Shown piece by piece: positions 35,474-48,923 of a stretch of 64,000 nucleotides of DNA. Made by a program: the position numbers and the translations under genes. Origin of the DNA: Styela clava (Eukaryota); NCBI RefSeq assembly GCF_964204865.1, contig NC_135264.1, forward strand, positions 13,888,001-13,952,000. Reading direction: 5' to 3'. Position 1 is the stretch's first letter, and each line of letters begins with the position of its first letter. Under the pieces are notes generated by a model, which was given only the letters and a program-made list of their open reading frames with translations, was not told where the DNA came from and did no database searches.

Positions 35474-38400
35474 ATGAACTTGCTGCTAAGGAGTCCATAT
35501 TATATCACTTTATTTGTCTGGTAAGTCCCTCATTTTATTAAAAGAATTGTTAGCAGGCAGAATTCAAAAATAAAAAAATAAAATTTTCTTTTGACAGCTT
35601 TATGTATTTGTCGCAAACAAGTTGGGCAATAATAAGTAAGTAAAATGAAATATTTTGATTTAGTTTATATGAAATGTCTTTTTTATAATACATGTTTTCC
35701 CGACTATCAACTTCCGTGTTTATTTATTTTACAATGGCTAATCAGCAAGATGCTAATGGAGATGTAATAATCAGAATTTAAGCACTTTTTTTCAGATTTT
35801 CGAGCTGTTTGTGAACAACGCAAAACTTGGTTATAAATCATAAAAATTAGTCTTTTTTGTCTTAAGAGCTTAAGTTATACTGCAGCACTCAAAAACGTTC
35901 ACGGAAGAATTACAATAGGCTATGCTAAATTAGTTGATTTCTCTTTATTCCCATCTGCTCGGATAATTTCATACAAAGCATTATTTTGTAAGATGCCAAA
36001 CAGTTGGAAAGAGCCAAAGTACAATAAAATCCTATAACTAAAGAAACAACACGTTGCTTACAATGGTAACAGATTGAAAAATAGTTTTCGAACCAAGGTC
36101 CGACAAAACATTCTTCGAATCGTCTTTTCCCCTCTGGCACCAGCGCATTAGAATCCAAGCAAAATCAGAAAATAATAACGAGTTGGTGGGTAAAAAATTA
36201 TATGATGATTTTGTTTAATTTTAGGTCCACATTGTACAGATAAATTTTCTGAATGTAAAAAGTTGGTCAACTTGTGCAACGATAATGGAACGGCTGGAAA
36301 TAATATGAAACTATATTGCACGGCAACGTGCAATTTCTGTCCATTAGGTAAGTGTGTTTCTTTATAGCATATTATCTCACTTACCATATTAGGCTCATAG
36401 GCTATCGCTTCACTGTATAGTCAATCTATAGCAGTGGTTCTTAAGCATTTTCGCACTTTTCCCCTCTCTCTTAGCTGGTTACTAGATTTACCCCAATGTA
36501 CTTCACGATGCTCATTTATCGAAAACGAAATTAGCATATTAGTTCATTACATATATTCATTGTGACGACTGCTTTCTCTTTTTCGCAAAACTTGGTTATA
36601 TTCATTCAATTGCTGGCACAGTAGCAGATATTGCACAACGAATATCAGAGACAACGTTAAATCAAATTGGTGTTTCAGATTTGTTTTTTTTTATTGTTTT
36701 TACTTTGGATTTATTTACCTCCTTCATTTTATTCGATCACCTACTATTTTTCTTATTTTGTTTCTCCGCCTTCCTTGACAATTCGACATAACATGAATAA
36801 ACTTTTGATATTATAATACTAATAGCTATGATTTGTGTTTTCAGATAAATGTTTTGAAAATAATGGCGGATGCGAACAACAATGTCATTGGGATGAGAAG
36901 ATTAACTACTGCACCTGCAATGTCGGATTCAAACTCAATGCTGACAACAGGACCTGCAGCGGTAGGCACATGCAACATGGTGTTATGTTTTGCAAATTCC
37001 GTTTTCGTAAACTGTTTTTTGACCCTAATTCGGACCTCAGCTGATGTTGTGTTTCAACTTAAATTAATTGGAATGTGTATAACAATCACGGAATTTGCAT
37101 ATGCAAATACTGTTACATTTTGAGACTAATAAACACACATACATACAAGTTTTACGTTTCAGATATTGACGAATGTGAAGACAATTCCACTGAAGCGTGT
37201 CCAGGATTGTCACGTGACCATTGCAAAAACACCGTCGGTTCATACACATGCGCAACTTGCTCGCATAATAACGGATATATGATGTCTTATAAACGGAAAA
37301 CGTGTTGCAAAGTCCACAAAAGTAAGATTTAGATTCAAAAATTAGGTAACCAATATGAGAGAAGAAGTTTAAGGCCACCTATTTCAGTATATATATATAT
37401 ATATTCCTCCCTTCGCCTATTTTGAAACTCATCCATCACTATTTGCCAAGTCATTTGTAAGTTTTAAGTAGTTTATAACGTGCGTCTAAATAAGTATTAC
37501 GGCGGGACTTTCCAACCCTATTTCGATGTGGACCTGAGTCGTATGAACCTCCAAGTGTTTACATGAGATATCCACGTTAAATCACTTGCTGTTTATTTTA
37601 GTGTACTCAGTATTACTCCTGGGGGTCCATCTGGGCCACGCCGGGAAGCGCTGTATTACGGTAATACTTGAAAACTACAGAATACCAGTAATACCACATC
37701 AAATATAAAGAAAAATTCTACCGGAAAAAAATCCTTCCCGGAATAAATTCCTCTTCGATTAGGAAACGTGTTCATACAGAAATATGAAAAACATACGCAT
37801 CCTAATTTATTTCAAGGTACCTGTGGCTACGATAGCACAATGGCGTCTCAAATCCAGGAACCTCATTGGAAGAACATGCGAATCTATGGGGGATTGAGAG
37901 CCGAAGAGGGAAGATGGCCCTGGATGGTAAAAAGATTGCCTATTTATCATTTCATTTAGTATTATTTATACGAATATTTGATGATACAGTAATTTATTTA
38001 TTGTAATACCAGAGATAGCAAAGTGGCCAAGGCATATGTGACCACTATAATAACTTCATACATGGCAGTAGTCGGCCGTAACTTTACTCAGAGATTATCT
38101 ATCACTTCTGGGTGGAGATGTGGGCTCGCCAATATGCCAGTGACGAAATAATTCAGTCGTTTAGTTATAAATCAAAATTTGGACATAAGGAACATTTATT
38201 TGTGTCCATATTTCCACCGAATGCAACAGTTGAAAAATGTCGCTCTAAGATGAACTTAGCAAACTTTATTATAAAGATAAATTAAAAAATATTGTTCACG
38301 GAATATCATTTCCCAAATTTCAGGTGCAATTAATCTCAACTCCTGAAAATCTAGAACCGGGTATATGCGGAGGATCTTTACTTAGCAAGAAGTGGGTTGT

Positions 38401-41400
38401 TACTGCGGCGCATTGCTTTCGGTAAGTTGGGACAAGTAAAGAAAGCCGAAGTATTGCAAAATTTTGCTCGAAAAGTCGTTTGCAAATTTAGCAATAAGAA
38501 TTCGTTTGCAAATTTAGCAATAGGAATAACGAAGAAACGAGTAGAATTTAGCAATTTAAATTAATAAAAACTAGGTTCTCCATCTTTTTGGATTTAAATA
38601 CCTCGTTTCATTTTTGACTTTACCATGGTTCTATCTTTCTATTAACGTTTGCTGTCGTTGTCTTTTATATTTGAAACGGCACACTTCCGTTCATTCAATC
38701 TTAGGATAATATACTACATCAGAAATAATCTGACGCATGGCATTACTGAAGTTAAAATATCGGAGAAAATTATATATACTCCAAAGCGGTGTTATCGATA
38801 GTTTTTTGACGAAAGTCTAGTAGGATATTATTTATTCGTATATTGCTGAACATATATACATTATACCTGTCGAATTGATTTCTTTTGCTATTTCAGGAAC
38901 AAATATTCGTATCCTATAAACACGTGGACAGCAATACTTGGTACAAGTCAAAACTTTCTGAATATGAGATTGATATCTGACGGGTTAGAAATAAGAATGC
39001 TGGAAGAGGTAATGACAAGGCATTGGTATGGGATTTGGGTATTTTGTTAGGAAGTTGTAAGTAAGTGAGTTGTGAGTTAGAACGTTCAAGGATCTGAATT
39101 CGGAACCTAACTTTGAAATGTTTAGAATCGCGATGTGAGGTGGAATTATTAAGATAAAAAACTGAATTTAAAATATAAACTGAACAAAGTTGATTGAGAT
39201 TTTTTTTGCTCGAGTTGAAAGCCGCAAAGTAAAAATAAACCGTTTAACCGGGGTTGGGGGTCGGATGTAGATTATCGAGGAGCTTGACTAGATAGTAAAA
39301 CAAAATGATCGGACATTCAAATTATCAATAGATAGAAAACTATGGAAGCTTTCATAAAACAATCAAGGATTCGTTAAGAACTCTAGTTAGATTACGTCTG
39401 GGGTCCCGGTAAATTAACAGCTGACAGTTTTTCGCGTTTGAACATCGCTGCACGATTTTATCGATTTTGACAACAGCTCCGACGGTCTTGTCAATAAATT
39501 ACGCGGATACACAATCTATTTATTGTGTCAATTTGCTTAATAAATATATATATTCCCCAAATTTCCAGGTTATTATACACCCAGAGCACAACCTTTTTTA
39601 TCATCACGACATTGCGTTGGTCAAGTTGGAATCCCAAGTCAACTATAGTGATGTCATAAAACCGATTTGCTTACCGTGCTTAGAGACTCCACAAGAGGGA
39701 GACATGTGTTGGACTGTAGGATACGGGAAAACAGGTTAGAAAAACCTTTACAAAATATGATTATTCGACAGTCTGTTTTTTTAATGTTCATGTCGTAACA
39801 AAGTTATTCTTTCTAGCCTAAATGTATATTATTGTCATTCATGTCACCACCCAAATATAGAAAATAATTTTAGTACATCATAAATTTTAAGATGATCAGA
39901 AAAAGTCAATGAATATCATGAAATAAATTCAAACACATTCCTTAGTGAGAACGGTTGGAACTTAACAATATTTTCTCACAGTTTATGCGATACCATAAGT
40001 AAATTGTAAATGCGGTGGCCAGTGAATAGATCTTGAAGAGGCATCATGACTAGGCTTACCATATTTCTGAAGCAAAAAACCGGGACGGCACGGATCGGAC
40101 AAGTCAACCTTGGTTCAAATCCAGGGGCTTAGTAATAGTTTTAAACGTGTTCCACACCATCTTATCAAATCTTACCAAATCCTATTAAAATATCCACTAT
40201 TGGTCTTTGCTTCAAATATTGGAAATCGTTCAACTCATTAGAAAAGTTGCATTTTGTTTCCGTCATTTTGGTGATTCAACGACAGTACAGTTGGGTATTA
40301 AATTAACGCATGGTTCATATATACTTAATATCATAACTATTACATAACAATTTTTCTCTCTATCTGAACTAGTGAAATGAGACGCAAATCAGTGGTAAAT
40401 CGGCTGCCTCCGTCGAAAAACAAAAAAACAATTTTGTAATAGTATCAAATAGAAAAATGATCCATGAATGCCATAGGGGAAAGTGGGGCACGTTGGGACA
40501 TGGTGCACAGTGGAAAATCAGCTCTCACACTGATACTATATCCGCAATCCTGTCCGCGGTTCGATGTTTCAATCCGCCCTTTGGTGAGTTACAACGTCCC
40601 CGCGAACGGACAACGGAAGGGTAGTGCGGCGCAAGCTATGAAGTGAAATTGATTTTGGAAGGTTGAAACTAAAATTTCACCGTTCCAGTATTTTCTTTTT
40701 TCTACATTGGACTTTCCAACATGACAAACCACCGTCTGATATTATTCAGCTTTAGTCCACTGCAGAATATTCATAACGTTGGCGAGTGGATGTGCCTTCC
40801 AGATTTCGCTGTGGGATAGTCTGAAAATATTTGTTGCCTATGAGGAACAATGGACCGGGGCACAGTGGGACTTGCCCTACAGTGCACAATTCGACATTGT
40901 TTGATACAATAAGTGCTTAGAGACCTAGATATGCGGTATATTAAGTGTAATATTATGGTTTCTTTTGACCCATGGCCCAATATGGAATATATTCGAGAAT
41001 CAATAATATTTCCAGATTTAGATTCGAGGGAAGAAATAATCAAATTTGTTTGCGAAACTTTTTGTCTGATATCTGAACTATTTCAGTTGAACATTGATTT
41101 TAAAATATTAAAGCTTCAAATTTGAAGTCTCCCTGTTCTTTAGACGATTATGCTGATTAATTGCTTATTTTTAAGGGCATACTTCGTTGAATTTTGACGG
41201 ACTGACCCATGGGGCCCCAGGGTCTGTCCGAATGTGCCCCACAAGTTGGGTACAGTGGGACACTTGACAGACGTTTTTCAAAGCATTTTGGTAGTAAGAT
41301 GTGTGTCGCAAGAAAATTTCTTATTCACTGAATGTAAACTACATTTACCCCTCTATACATTAGTCCCGCCAACTTAAGGGAATATGCAGAATTAAAGGCT

Positions 41401-43340
41401 CAAAATATGCAAAAGAAAAAAAGTGTCCCAACCTTCCCCACTTTCCCCTACTGCAAAACCGGGACATTTAAGTCTATCGCCGGGACGGCAGAAAAACATC
41501 CTAAAACCGGGACTGTCCCTCAAAACCGGGACGTATGGTAAGCCTAATCATGACATCACGTTCCTTATATGTAAACTCCCCCAAAAAAGTAGACTTTATT
41601 CTGATCAAAATTCTAATGAAGCATTGTTTTTCAACGCTCCTTATTTAGATGACAACAAAGATTCGGGAGCATTACGCGAAGTAGATGTACCAATAGCTTC
41701 GATGAAAAGTTGTTCCAAGGTATATGCAGATAGTGGAAGAATATTGCAGCAAGATCACATGATCTGTGCCGGACATAAAGAAGGGGAAAAGGATGCGTGC
41801 AACGGTACGTTATTATTTTGCCGTCGACTCCGGGCTCTGTGCCAAGTACAGCGAAATTGCATAAATGGGTGTTTTAATAACCATATAGATACATAGTCTG
41901 AAAAAGGCAATTTTTTGTTATACCGTACCTCGGAACGGTAAATTGATATCCAACAGCCTACCTTTTCAATGTGCCCCCATTCTCCATGATTTAGTTTAAA
42001 CAATCAATAGACTTCCTTAACTCCATCATAGCACATTATAAATTTGCAATAACTTCACAAAAATAATATAGTTAGAGTATTCTATGTTAAGGCGACTCCG
42101 GAGGACCTTTAATGTGCCAACGAAAAGACTCTTGTCAATGGTACCAAGCTGGTATAGTTTCGTTTGGCAAGGGTGGTTGCGGACTGAAAGGGGTGTACGG
42201 AGTCTACACCAGCATGAAAGCACACCAGAGGTGGATAAGACGGCACATAGGGGAGGAAGCAACGAATGACATCTGTAAGTAGTGATAGGAAAAAAAGATG
42301 GGCGCTCCAGAAGTATGTGTACCAATATGGAGGTAACTGATGTTCGCCTTCTTTACATCAAGTTGTGTAAAGAAACTGAAACTTATGGGCAGGGGGTATA
42401 TTCACTTGGATAACACAGACAGTGCGCAAACTCGTAATATAACTAAAATAAGGGAAATCGGAATGAAATTATGGTCTGACCCTAATCTGGTACACACACT
42501 ACGAGAGTACCGAAAGAAGTATATAGACTACGCCTTGGAATGACTATCTCCCTACTTTAAGTATGCTCTGTACTGCAGTTACCATGGTTATCTATCTTTC
42601 GGTGTTCCGAGTTCGTTTTACAATACAATACAAACTATCTTATTTTAGGCCCCGAAAACGCTTGTCAAAATCTCTCTGACAACGATCCTAAATGTTCATC
42701 GATGATCGAGCGATGCACAAAATTTCCCGATTATATGAAAACCAATTGTGCAGCGACCTGTTGCAGACTGAAATATGGCACAAGTAAGGAAATTATAAAG
42801 TTTTTTTAAATAACATTCAGAAGGTTGATTTTGGAGTGGAGTGTCTAGCCTACGATAGGGACCAAAAATCCCAAAACGAAATATTGTGATTAAGCCTTAA
42901 GATATGAACGGAGTAAATATACATCCTTGAAACATAAATACATTTTCTTTGGCTTTGGTTATGAGTTCATGTCTGGCTATTCGAGACTAAGTCATAGAAA
43001 ACTAATATATCGGAATAACCAATGTATACATGATTTTAAGACTATATACACTAATATGTATTACAAAATCAACAATGCCACTTATAGTACTGCGCTTTAG
43101 TTTAGATTACCAACTCATTATTTCTTTCTATTTATATCTATCATACGCTTACAGAACCTTTTATATTGTCTCTTTCTCTGCCTTATTTTGACACAATATT
43201 TATTCAATATAGGACCGAGTCAATGTCAAGACGAACCAACGTTTCAATCCACATGCAGAAAGAATATTAAACATTGTTCAAGTTCTATTTTTTCAAGTTT
43301 TATGAAGAAACATTGTAAAAGAACATGCGGAATTTGTTAG
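35474..43340 (+). CDS. Secreted multidomain trypsin-like (S1) serine protease: signal peptide-ShKT-EGF-cbEGF-protease-ShKT-ShKT, ~523 aa
   Basis: 13 phase-consistent exons: 35474-35520, 35598-35635, 36225-36347 (ShKT), 36845-36961 (EGF, CFENNGGCEQQC), 37163-37321 (DIDEC cbEGF), 37817-37926 (activation site R|IYGG), 38324-38421 (TAAHC), 38897-39008, 39569-39734 (DIAL, PICLP), 41649-41804 (KDACN, Asp189), 42092-42274 (GDSGGP), 42649-42783 (ShKT-like), 43213-43340 (ShKT, MKKHCKRTCGIC*). Confidence 0.93.
40051..41546. mobile_element. Non-autonomous hAT-like element in a protease intron, carrying a nested element
   Basis: TIRs TAGGCTTACCATA / TATGGTAAGCCTA, perfect 8-bp TSD ATCATGAC, subterminal CCGGGAC repeats. 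Confidence 0.85.
40474..41450. mobile_element. Nested ~1-kb TIR element
   Basis: TAGGGGAAAGTGGGGCACGTTGGGACA / TGTCCCAACCTTCCCCACTTTCCCCTA, with internal GTGGGAC(A) repeats; no transposase ORF. Confidence 0.75.
42301..42511 (+). mobile_element. MITE family A (protease intron)
   Basis: GGCGCTCCAGAAGTATGTGTACCAATATGG...CTACGAGAGTACC. Confidence 0.78.
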
Positions 43341-43913
43341 TTTAGTATATTTTTGAAAGTTAATAAAATACCAAAAAGGATAAATTTTGCTACAAGTGAA
43401 ATTACACAAGGAAGATTTGTTGGTGTTTTGTTAGAAATATTAGGATTTACATATTATATTTATCCTAAAAACGAAACCCGAGAAGACGACATCATCATAT
43501 TGCTAACAACGGCCTCTTGTCTGGTTACCATAGAGCCAGTTATTTTTTTTTATTTCATATCCATGGACTTAACAATAAAACATAGTCATTTCAGCACATT
43601 TAACGTACCGGTATGTTACATATAGTATGTCATAGAGATAAGTAGAAAACCCTCTTATAACACACCGATATCTTCAGCTACTGAAAATGTGAAGATGATC
43701 AGTTCGATTGTTGTGGAAAAAAAGTAATTTTAACATCACCAGTAACAACAATTTACCAATAGGATCTAAAAAAAAATGCAAAAAGTTTTTCTGAACACCC
43801 CCACAGGGAGTAATTGTATCTCTCTGTTACCAACACAGTTCAAGATAAGAAGCAAAATTGAAATTCGCTCAATAGTCGCTACCTTAACCACTTCGCCTCC
43901 CAATCAAGTAGAA

Positions 43914-46900
43914 TTAATAATAGTCGTCGTAGTAATCATCCTCATAATTATCTTCCTCCTCTTCGACGCATCCCGGAAAATCGAGATCGCCAACGTAAAA
44001 TCCCTTCAAATCGGACGGTGAATGGCAAAGTGTTGTGTCTGCGTCTCGAAGCATGTCACCAGCCGTGTCTCGAATCAGCATCATTCCACAGTCACAGAAT
44101 ATGGGATTCCCGGCCAAGTAAAGGGAATAAATGTCACTGGAATGAATGCAGAAGAAAATGAGAACAATGCAGAACGATAGAAGTTCCTAAATCCCTGCCC
44201 AGTTGCGGTATTGCCGGTACCGATGAAAATTGGGAAATTTAAATTGGGAATACAGAAATAGGAATATTTAAACCAGAAATGGGTCCAGCGGTTATACGAT
44301 CTATAAAATTTGTAGCTATAATCCAGTCCTAACTTTGAATTGGGTTGCCGAGACTAACTCAACCTTCCACTGCTTGATTGTTACTTATCGATCTTAAGAT
44401 CGGTAAGTATGTTAATAGGTATTTGTCTGTCTGTATTTCTGTTTGTCTGTGTGTTAGATGCACGCGATATCTCACGAAAGCGAGGTTGAATCTGCTCCAA
44501 ATTTTGCATGTGCATTTATCATAGCTCGGATCAGAAGCCTATTGATTTTGGATGAATTATCTCTTATAAATAGCGAGTTAATAAGTAATTAGTGATGGGA
44601 CACACGGTGTCACTATGGAGTAAGACCACTGTTTTGGGGGATCCCCTAACCTTAGATCGATAAGTCTTCGGTTTCTAACCGATATTCTAATTTATTTCTT
44701 GCCATTGTTGTAAACTGCTCGTCTGAAGAAGTCTGACGTTGGTCGAACGAAACGTTACAGAAATACATTTGTGTTAGTGTGCAGCTGGATTCTTTAATTG
44801 GATAATATAATCCAGTCACCTGAGTCACGGCTCATCCATGTCTCGAGGAAAGTTAATCTATGAGTTGAGTTTTTATAATTTCGAGTCACTTTATTTAGAT
44901 TATTGGAGTCAATTTGAGTGTTTGATAAATGGAGACTCTGGTCCAACTCGTGTTGAGTCAGTGAGTTGAACCTCGAGCGCCCCCCTTACCAAGACTGATA
45001 CAAACATTAGGTCGCGATTATATCGCGGAGCGAAAAGTTTTCGTAATTTTCAACACCGTGAAAAGAATTATTGTCGGGACATTAATTCGGAGAGTTTTGC
45101 GTTTGTTGCTTATGTATATAACTATCATTAATGTTATAAACCTTGAAACGTAAAAAGCAGATTCTACAGTCTACACTTCTTGAGATTTTTAAAACTGTTT
45201 TATTTTAAAAAGCTTAAGAATTAAATAGTGATCTTCTTATTTAATCATTCTATATAAAACTTACCGCCTACTGAACAAAACGTCTATCGATTCTTTTCGT
45301 AATATCTTAATGCGGTTGTGCTCCAGTCTAATCTGATGTTGACCATGCCACCTCACGCCAATCTGTCTGAAAGCCTTTTGCCCAATGAACTCTATCCTAT
45401 TGTGACGTAAACTAAGGAAAGAGATGCTGGGAAGGTGAGCGAACGATCCCGGCAGAAGTTGGGTGATTTGGTTGCGGTCCAAGTCCAAAATCTGTAACAT
45501 AGTAGTAAATCGAATTTGTTAGAGAGAGGATCCTAAATTAAGTCTACATAGTCAGCGAAAATATATAGGAATAACTACGCAGATTATATCGGGCTCGTTT
45601 CTTATGCTCTCCTATCACTTTGAACAATATGTAGCCCACGCGGTTTTTCTTTGATTTAATGTCCCCATTATTAAGAATAATTTATTAAAATTATTATAAG
45701 GTTACTGCTACCATTTCGTTTGGGAAACAAACAAAGCGTATTAACGCGAATTGTGGTAAATTAAATACAATTGTGGTTTTGGTTTGCACTTGAGTGGTTC
45801 GCGTAACCGCTGAACGGTAACGGCTTCCTCCACCACTAAATCCATACATCTGAAACAAATAATTGGTTAACTATCCCCATACCCGACATGGCTGGTAACC
45901 GGTGTAGATGCCGTGGTAATTATGGGTCATATGAACGACTATAAACTATATAAACTATATCCGTTTTCCTCTCACCACGGTATAGGAAAATCATATCCTA
46001 TTATCTCGAATAACACTTTAAGAGTTTCGGTTACAAAGAAGTTACATTAATCTCGTCAAATTTGACGGCCTATAATACAGTATATATATACATAACAGCA
46101 AAGTACATACAAATTGTACTATGTAAATTAGTAATACTTTACACTCACTTGTAGTTTTTTTAGATGTCTGAAAGCAACGGGATGAATTTCTCGAATTGAG
46201 TTATTTGCAAGGTTCAGAAACTCAAGTTTTTTCAATCTTCTGAAACTTCCTTTCACCGGTGACTCAATATGATTGTTACTCAAATCAAGTCTCACAAGGC
46301 GCGGTGGGAACTGAATATCTGAAATCGGGAAAAAAATCAGAATATCAGAGCTTTGGTCACGCTTATACTTCGTATTGTCTAATAAATGCCACACAGGTTT
46401 TAAAATGGCGGCCAATTGATGCCTTTGAAGCTACTTTACTGTGATAAGAAATGGAATCTTTTTGGTCCGTAAATACCCCAATAGGATATGTCAAGTATCG
46501 GCAACTCTTACTGCATGGGTGTGCAACCTGCGGGAAAACTGTGCTGCCCGTGGAGAAGTGTCAATTTTGAATTATGTGCCCGCGAAACAAGGTTTTGAGT
46601 AATTCGGTACGTGCGAGGAATTCCAAACCTTTGCGTTGCGAAGCCTATACCTGAGCCCAATTTATTATCTATGCATATGGCTTTACAGTGGTTTAATTTA
46701 ATTAACAGCTAGCCCTTCTGTATCAAAGGTTGCGTATTCCTGCCTTACTGCACTGCCTATCTATTTTAAAACCTGAAATATTTTTCCTAAAAAATCACAA
46801 ATCATAATTATAACATTTGCTTTATGCTTGCAGTTTGTATTATGTCACTAGTCAAAAATGCCAATATATTGAGATTGGGATAAACGTGTTCATCTTCTTA

Positions 46901-48923
46901 TAAAAACATGATTTCGCCAACTGTAACTAGCAAAGGAGAGTTTATAACTTAACAACTATGAACATACCGTGCAAAAATGTCAAATTATTATGTCGAGCCT
47001 TCAAGATCTTCAATGCCGGTAGAAGCTTAACCATCTCCTCCAGAGGAAAGTAACAAAGTCGGTTATTGTCGAGGTTGAGGAAGTCGAGAAATCTGAAAAA
47101 AAAAATAGAAAAGTTGCAATTGCATTTAAAACAGTACACCATTTTATAAATGTTATCCGAGCGAAGTTAGTCAAATTGCCTTTGCTGTTTTATTTTAATT
47201 CGTTCGAACGCTTTTCTATTCTTTCACGCTTGGCCACCTTCCTTATGTTTGTCGTCGATTGCAAACTCGGTTCTCTGAGGCCGCAGCTACCGGTATAGAT
47301 GCGCGACCTTCTCATTCATGTATTCACGCATTGCTCTATTGTTAGAATTAGAAATGAACATTTAAACCATAGATTTGTCCGGTTATGTGATAGATTAAAA
47401 TTTGTAGCCGTCTTCCACAAAACTAAAAAGTAGTTCGCAGGACAAGTTTCTTCTTTTATGAATTAATCTAATTATACGCTGGGCAAAAAGAGCAAAAACA
47501 GGCGTACAAATCCGAATGAATCGACCCAGTTGTTAATACACATTTACCTCATAGCTTTAGTTATCTTTAGACTTCTGATTGAATTCTGCGACAGGTTCAA
47601 TTTTTTCAGCTCAAAGAAACGTGAAAACATGTCCAAGGTTATGTGTCCCATGTTTTCTCCAATGATAGATAATCTGTAAAAAGGAGTACAACGGCTCGGT
47701 TTAAGCTCTATGCTTTTCAATGAATCTGGCAACAGAAACGAGCTCGATTTTTTCCGCGTAGGAAATTGATGTTTGACGTGGTCCTCATCTAGTCGAACCT
47801 CAAATATTATTTTGTATTAGGCCCACAGACGAAACAATACACTGACCTTGTACAGAAGTTTATACCAGGAAAAACGATAAGAAGCTTAATTCCACGACCT
47901 CCCGTTAGGGTACCATTCACCAGTACAAATCGAGTATAATATTAGTTACCTTCATTTGTTCCAGATGCATGAATGGACTTGAAATATTGTTACATTAAAT
48001 ACATATAGACTACACTACAATGTTTAAAATACTCTCTACTATTCTCATTGAAGTGTTTCATCATAATATATATATATGCTTAAAATTCAATTAAAAATCA
48101 TGCAATAAGATTGGACCTACAAAATGATTGATATTACTGCAACAGTCTGCAAGTACAAGTCTCGCGCGCTTGTGTGCTATTTGCAAAATCGTTATCATAA
48201 TGACGAAAGCTAATATAAGTTTACTTTATACATGGTCGAAACCTTTATATCCGCCGTTCACACATTTCTCTCAAAATAAACTCGCCTTGTGGTATTAACG
48301 GGAAGAACATCAAGTCGATCAGCAACGTTAGCATTGAAGCAGATGAAATCAACTTCACGACAGAACAATTCTCCTTTCTCTGAAAAAGTCAATATTTCAT
48401 TAAGAATCTCATTTTACTGAAGACAAGATGTGCAATTGCCCTAAAGTAAATAGATACGACAGTCCAACAAATATCGAGCCTATAGCAAAAATGTATCACA
48501 TAAAGTTCACATGTTGAGAAAATAACATTGTGCATCTTTGATTATTAAAAAATAGACAATGCAGAATAGGACCCTCGGCGCCTAAAAACGGGTTTTTGCT
48601 CTCAAATACAGCACAAATTTATTAAAAAATGACTTATTTCTTGCTGTTGTTGTTGCAGACCGCCACCGCCTACAACGGTTAAACCGAACTCACTCATCTG
48701 GCTACACATTAATTTGCTCTGGACATGAGTGGACTTCCATATATTTAAATTTCATATATTTACCAAAATCATACTTTCGCTTACCTTTCAAACAATCCAC
48801 ATCTCTGCAGTAGCATCTTTCTGGGCAATCTTCAATGGGCATTGGAGGATATCTCTTACTTATGACATCACCAGCGAACAACACAAATGTAGCAACTACA
48901 AAAATTATAATCTTCATCGCCAT
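43914..48923 (-). CDS. Secreted leucine-rich-repeat protein (signal peptide, LRRNT, ~9 LRRs, LRRCT, acidic Tyr-rich C-terminus), ~367 aa
   Basis: Exons 48923-48785 (signal peptide, CPERCYC), 48379-48286 (GC donor), 47673-47548, 47092-46968, 46318-46149, 45491-45265, 44136-43914 (LYLAGNPIFCDC...CHSPSDLKG...CVEEEEDNYEDDYYDDYY*). No TM segment. Confidence 0.9.
44381..44692 (+). mobile_element. DINE-1/HINE-like non-autonomous Helentron
   Basis: Subterminal IRs ACTTATCGATCT (44383-44394) / AGATCGATAAGT (44654-44665), partial IR next to the 5' copy, (TGTC)n microsatellite, 3' hairpin TCGGTT-TCT-AACCGA (44668-44682). Confidence 0.75.
44718..44760 (+). ncRNA. Minimal hammerhead ribozyme, second copy (LRR gene intron, antisense)
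   Basis: CTGAAGA-A-GTCTGACGTTGGTCGAAC-GAAACGTT-ACAG; core intact, stem II partly mismatched; followed by the same AAATACATTTGTGTTAGTGTGCAGC tail as the other copies. Confidence 0.6.
46514..46742. mobile_element. hAT-like MITE
   Basis: CATGGGTGTGCAACCT / AGGTTGCGTATTCCTG; TSD tcttactg/ccttactg; related to 51878-52172. Confidence 0.65.
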
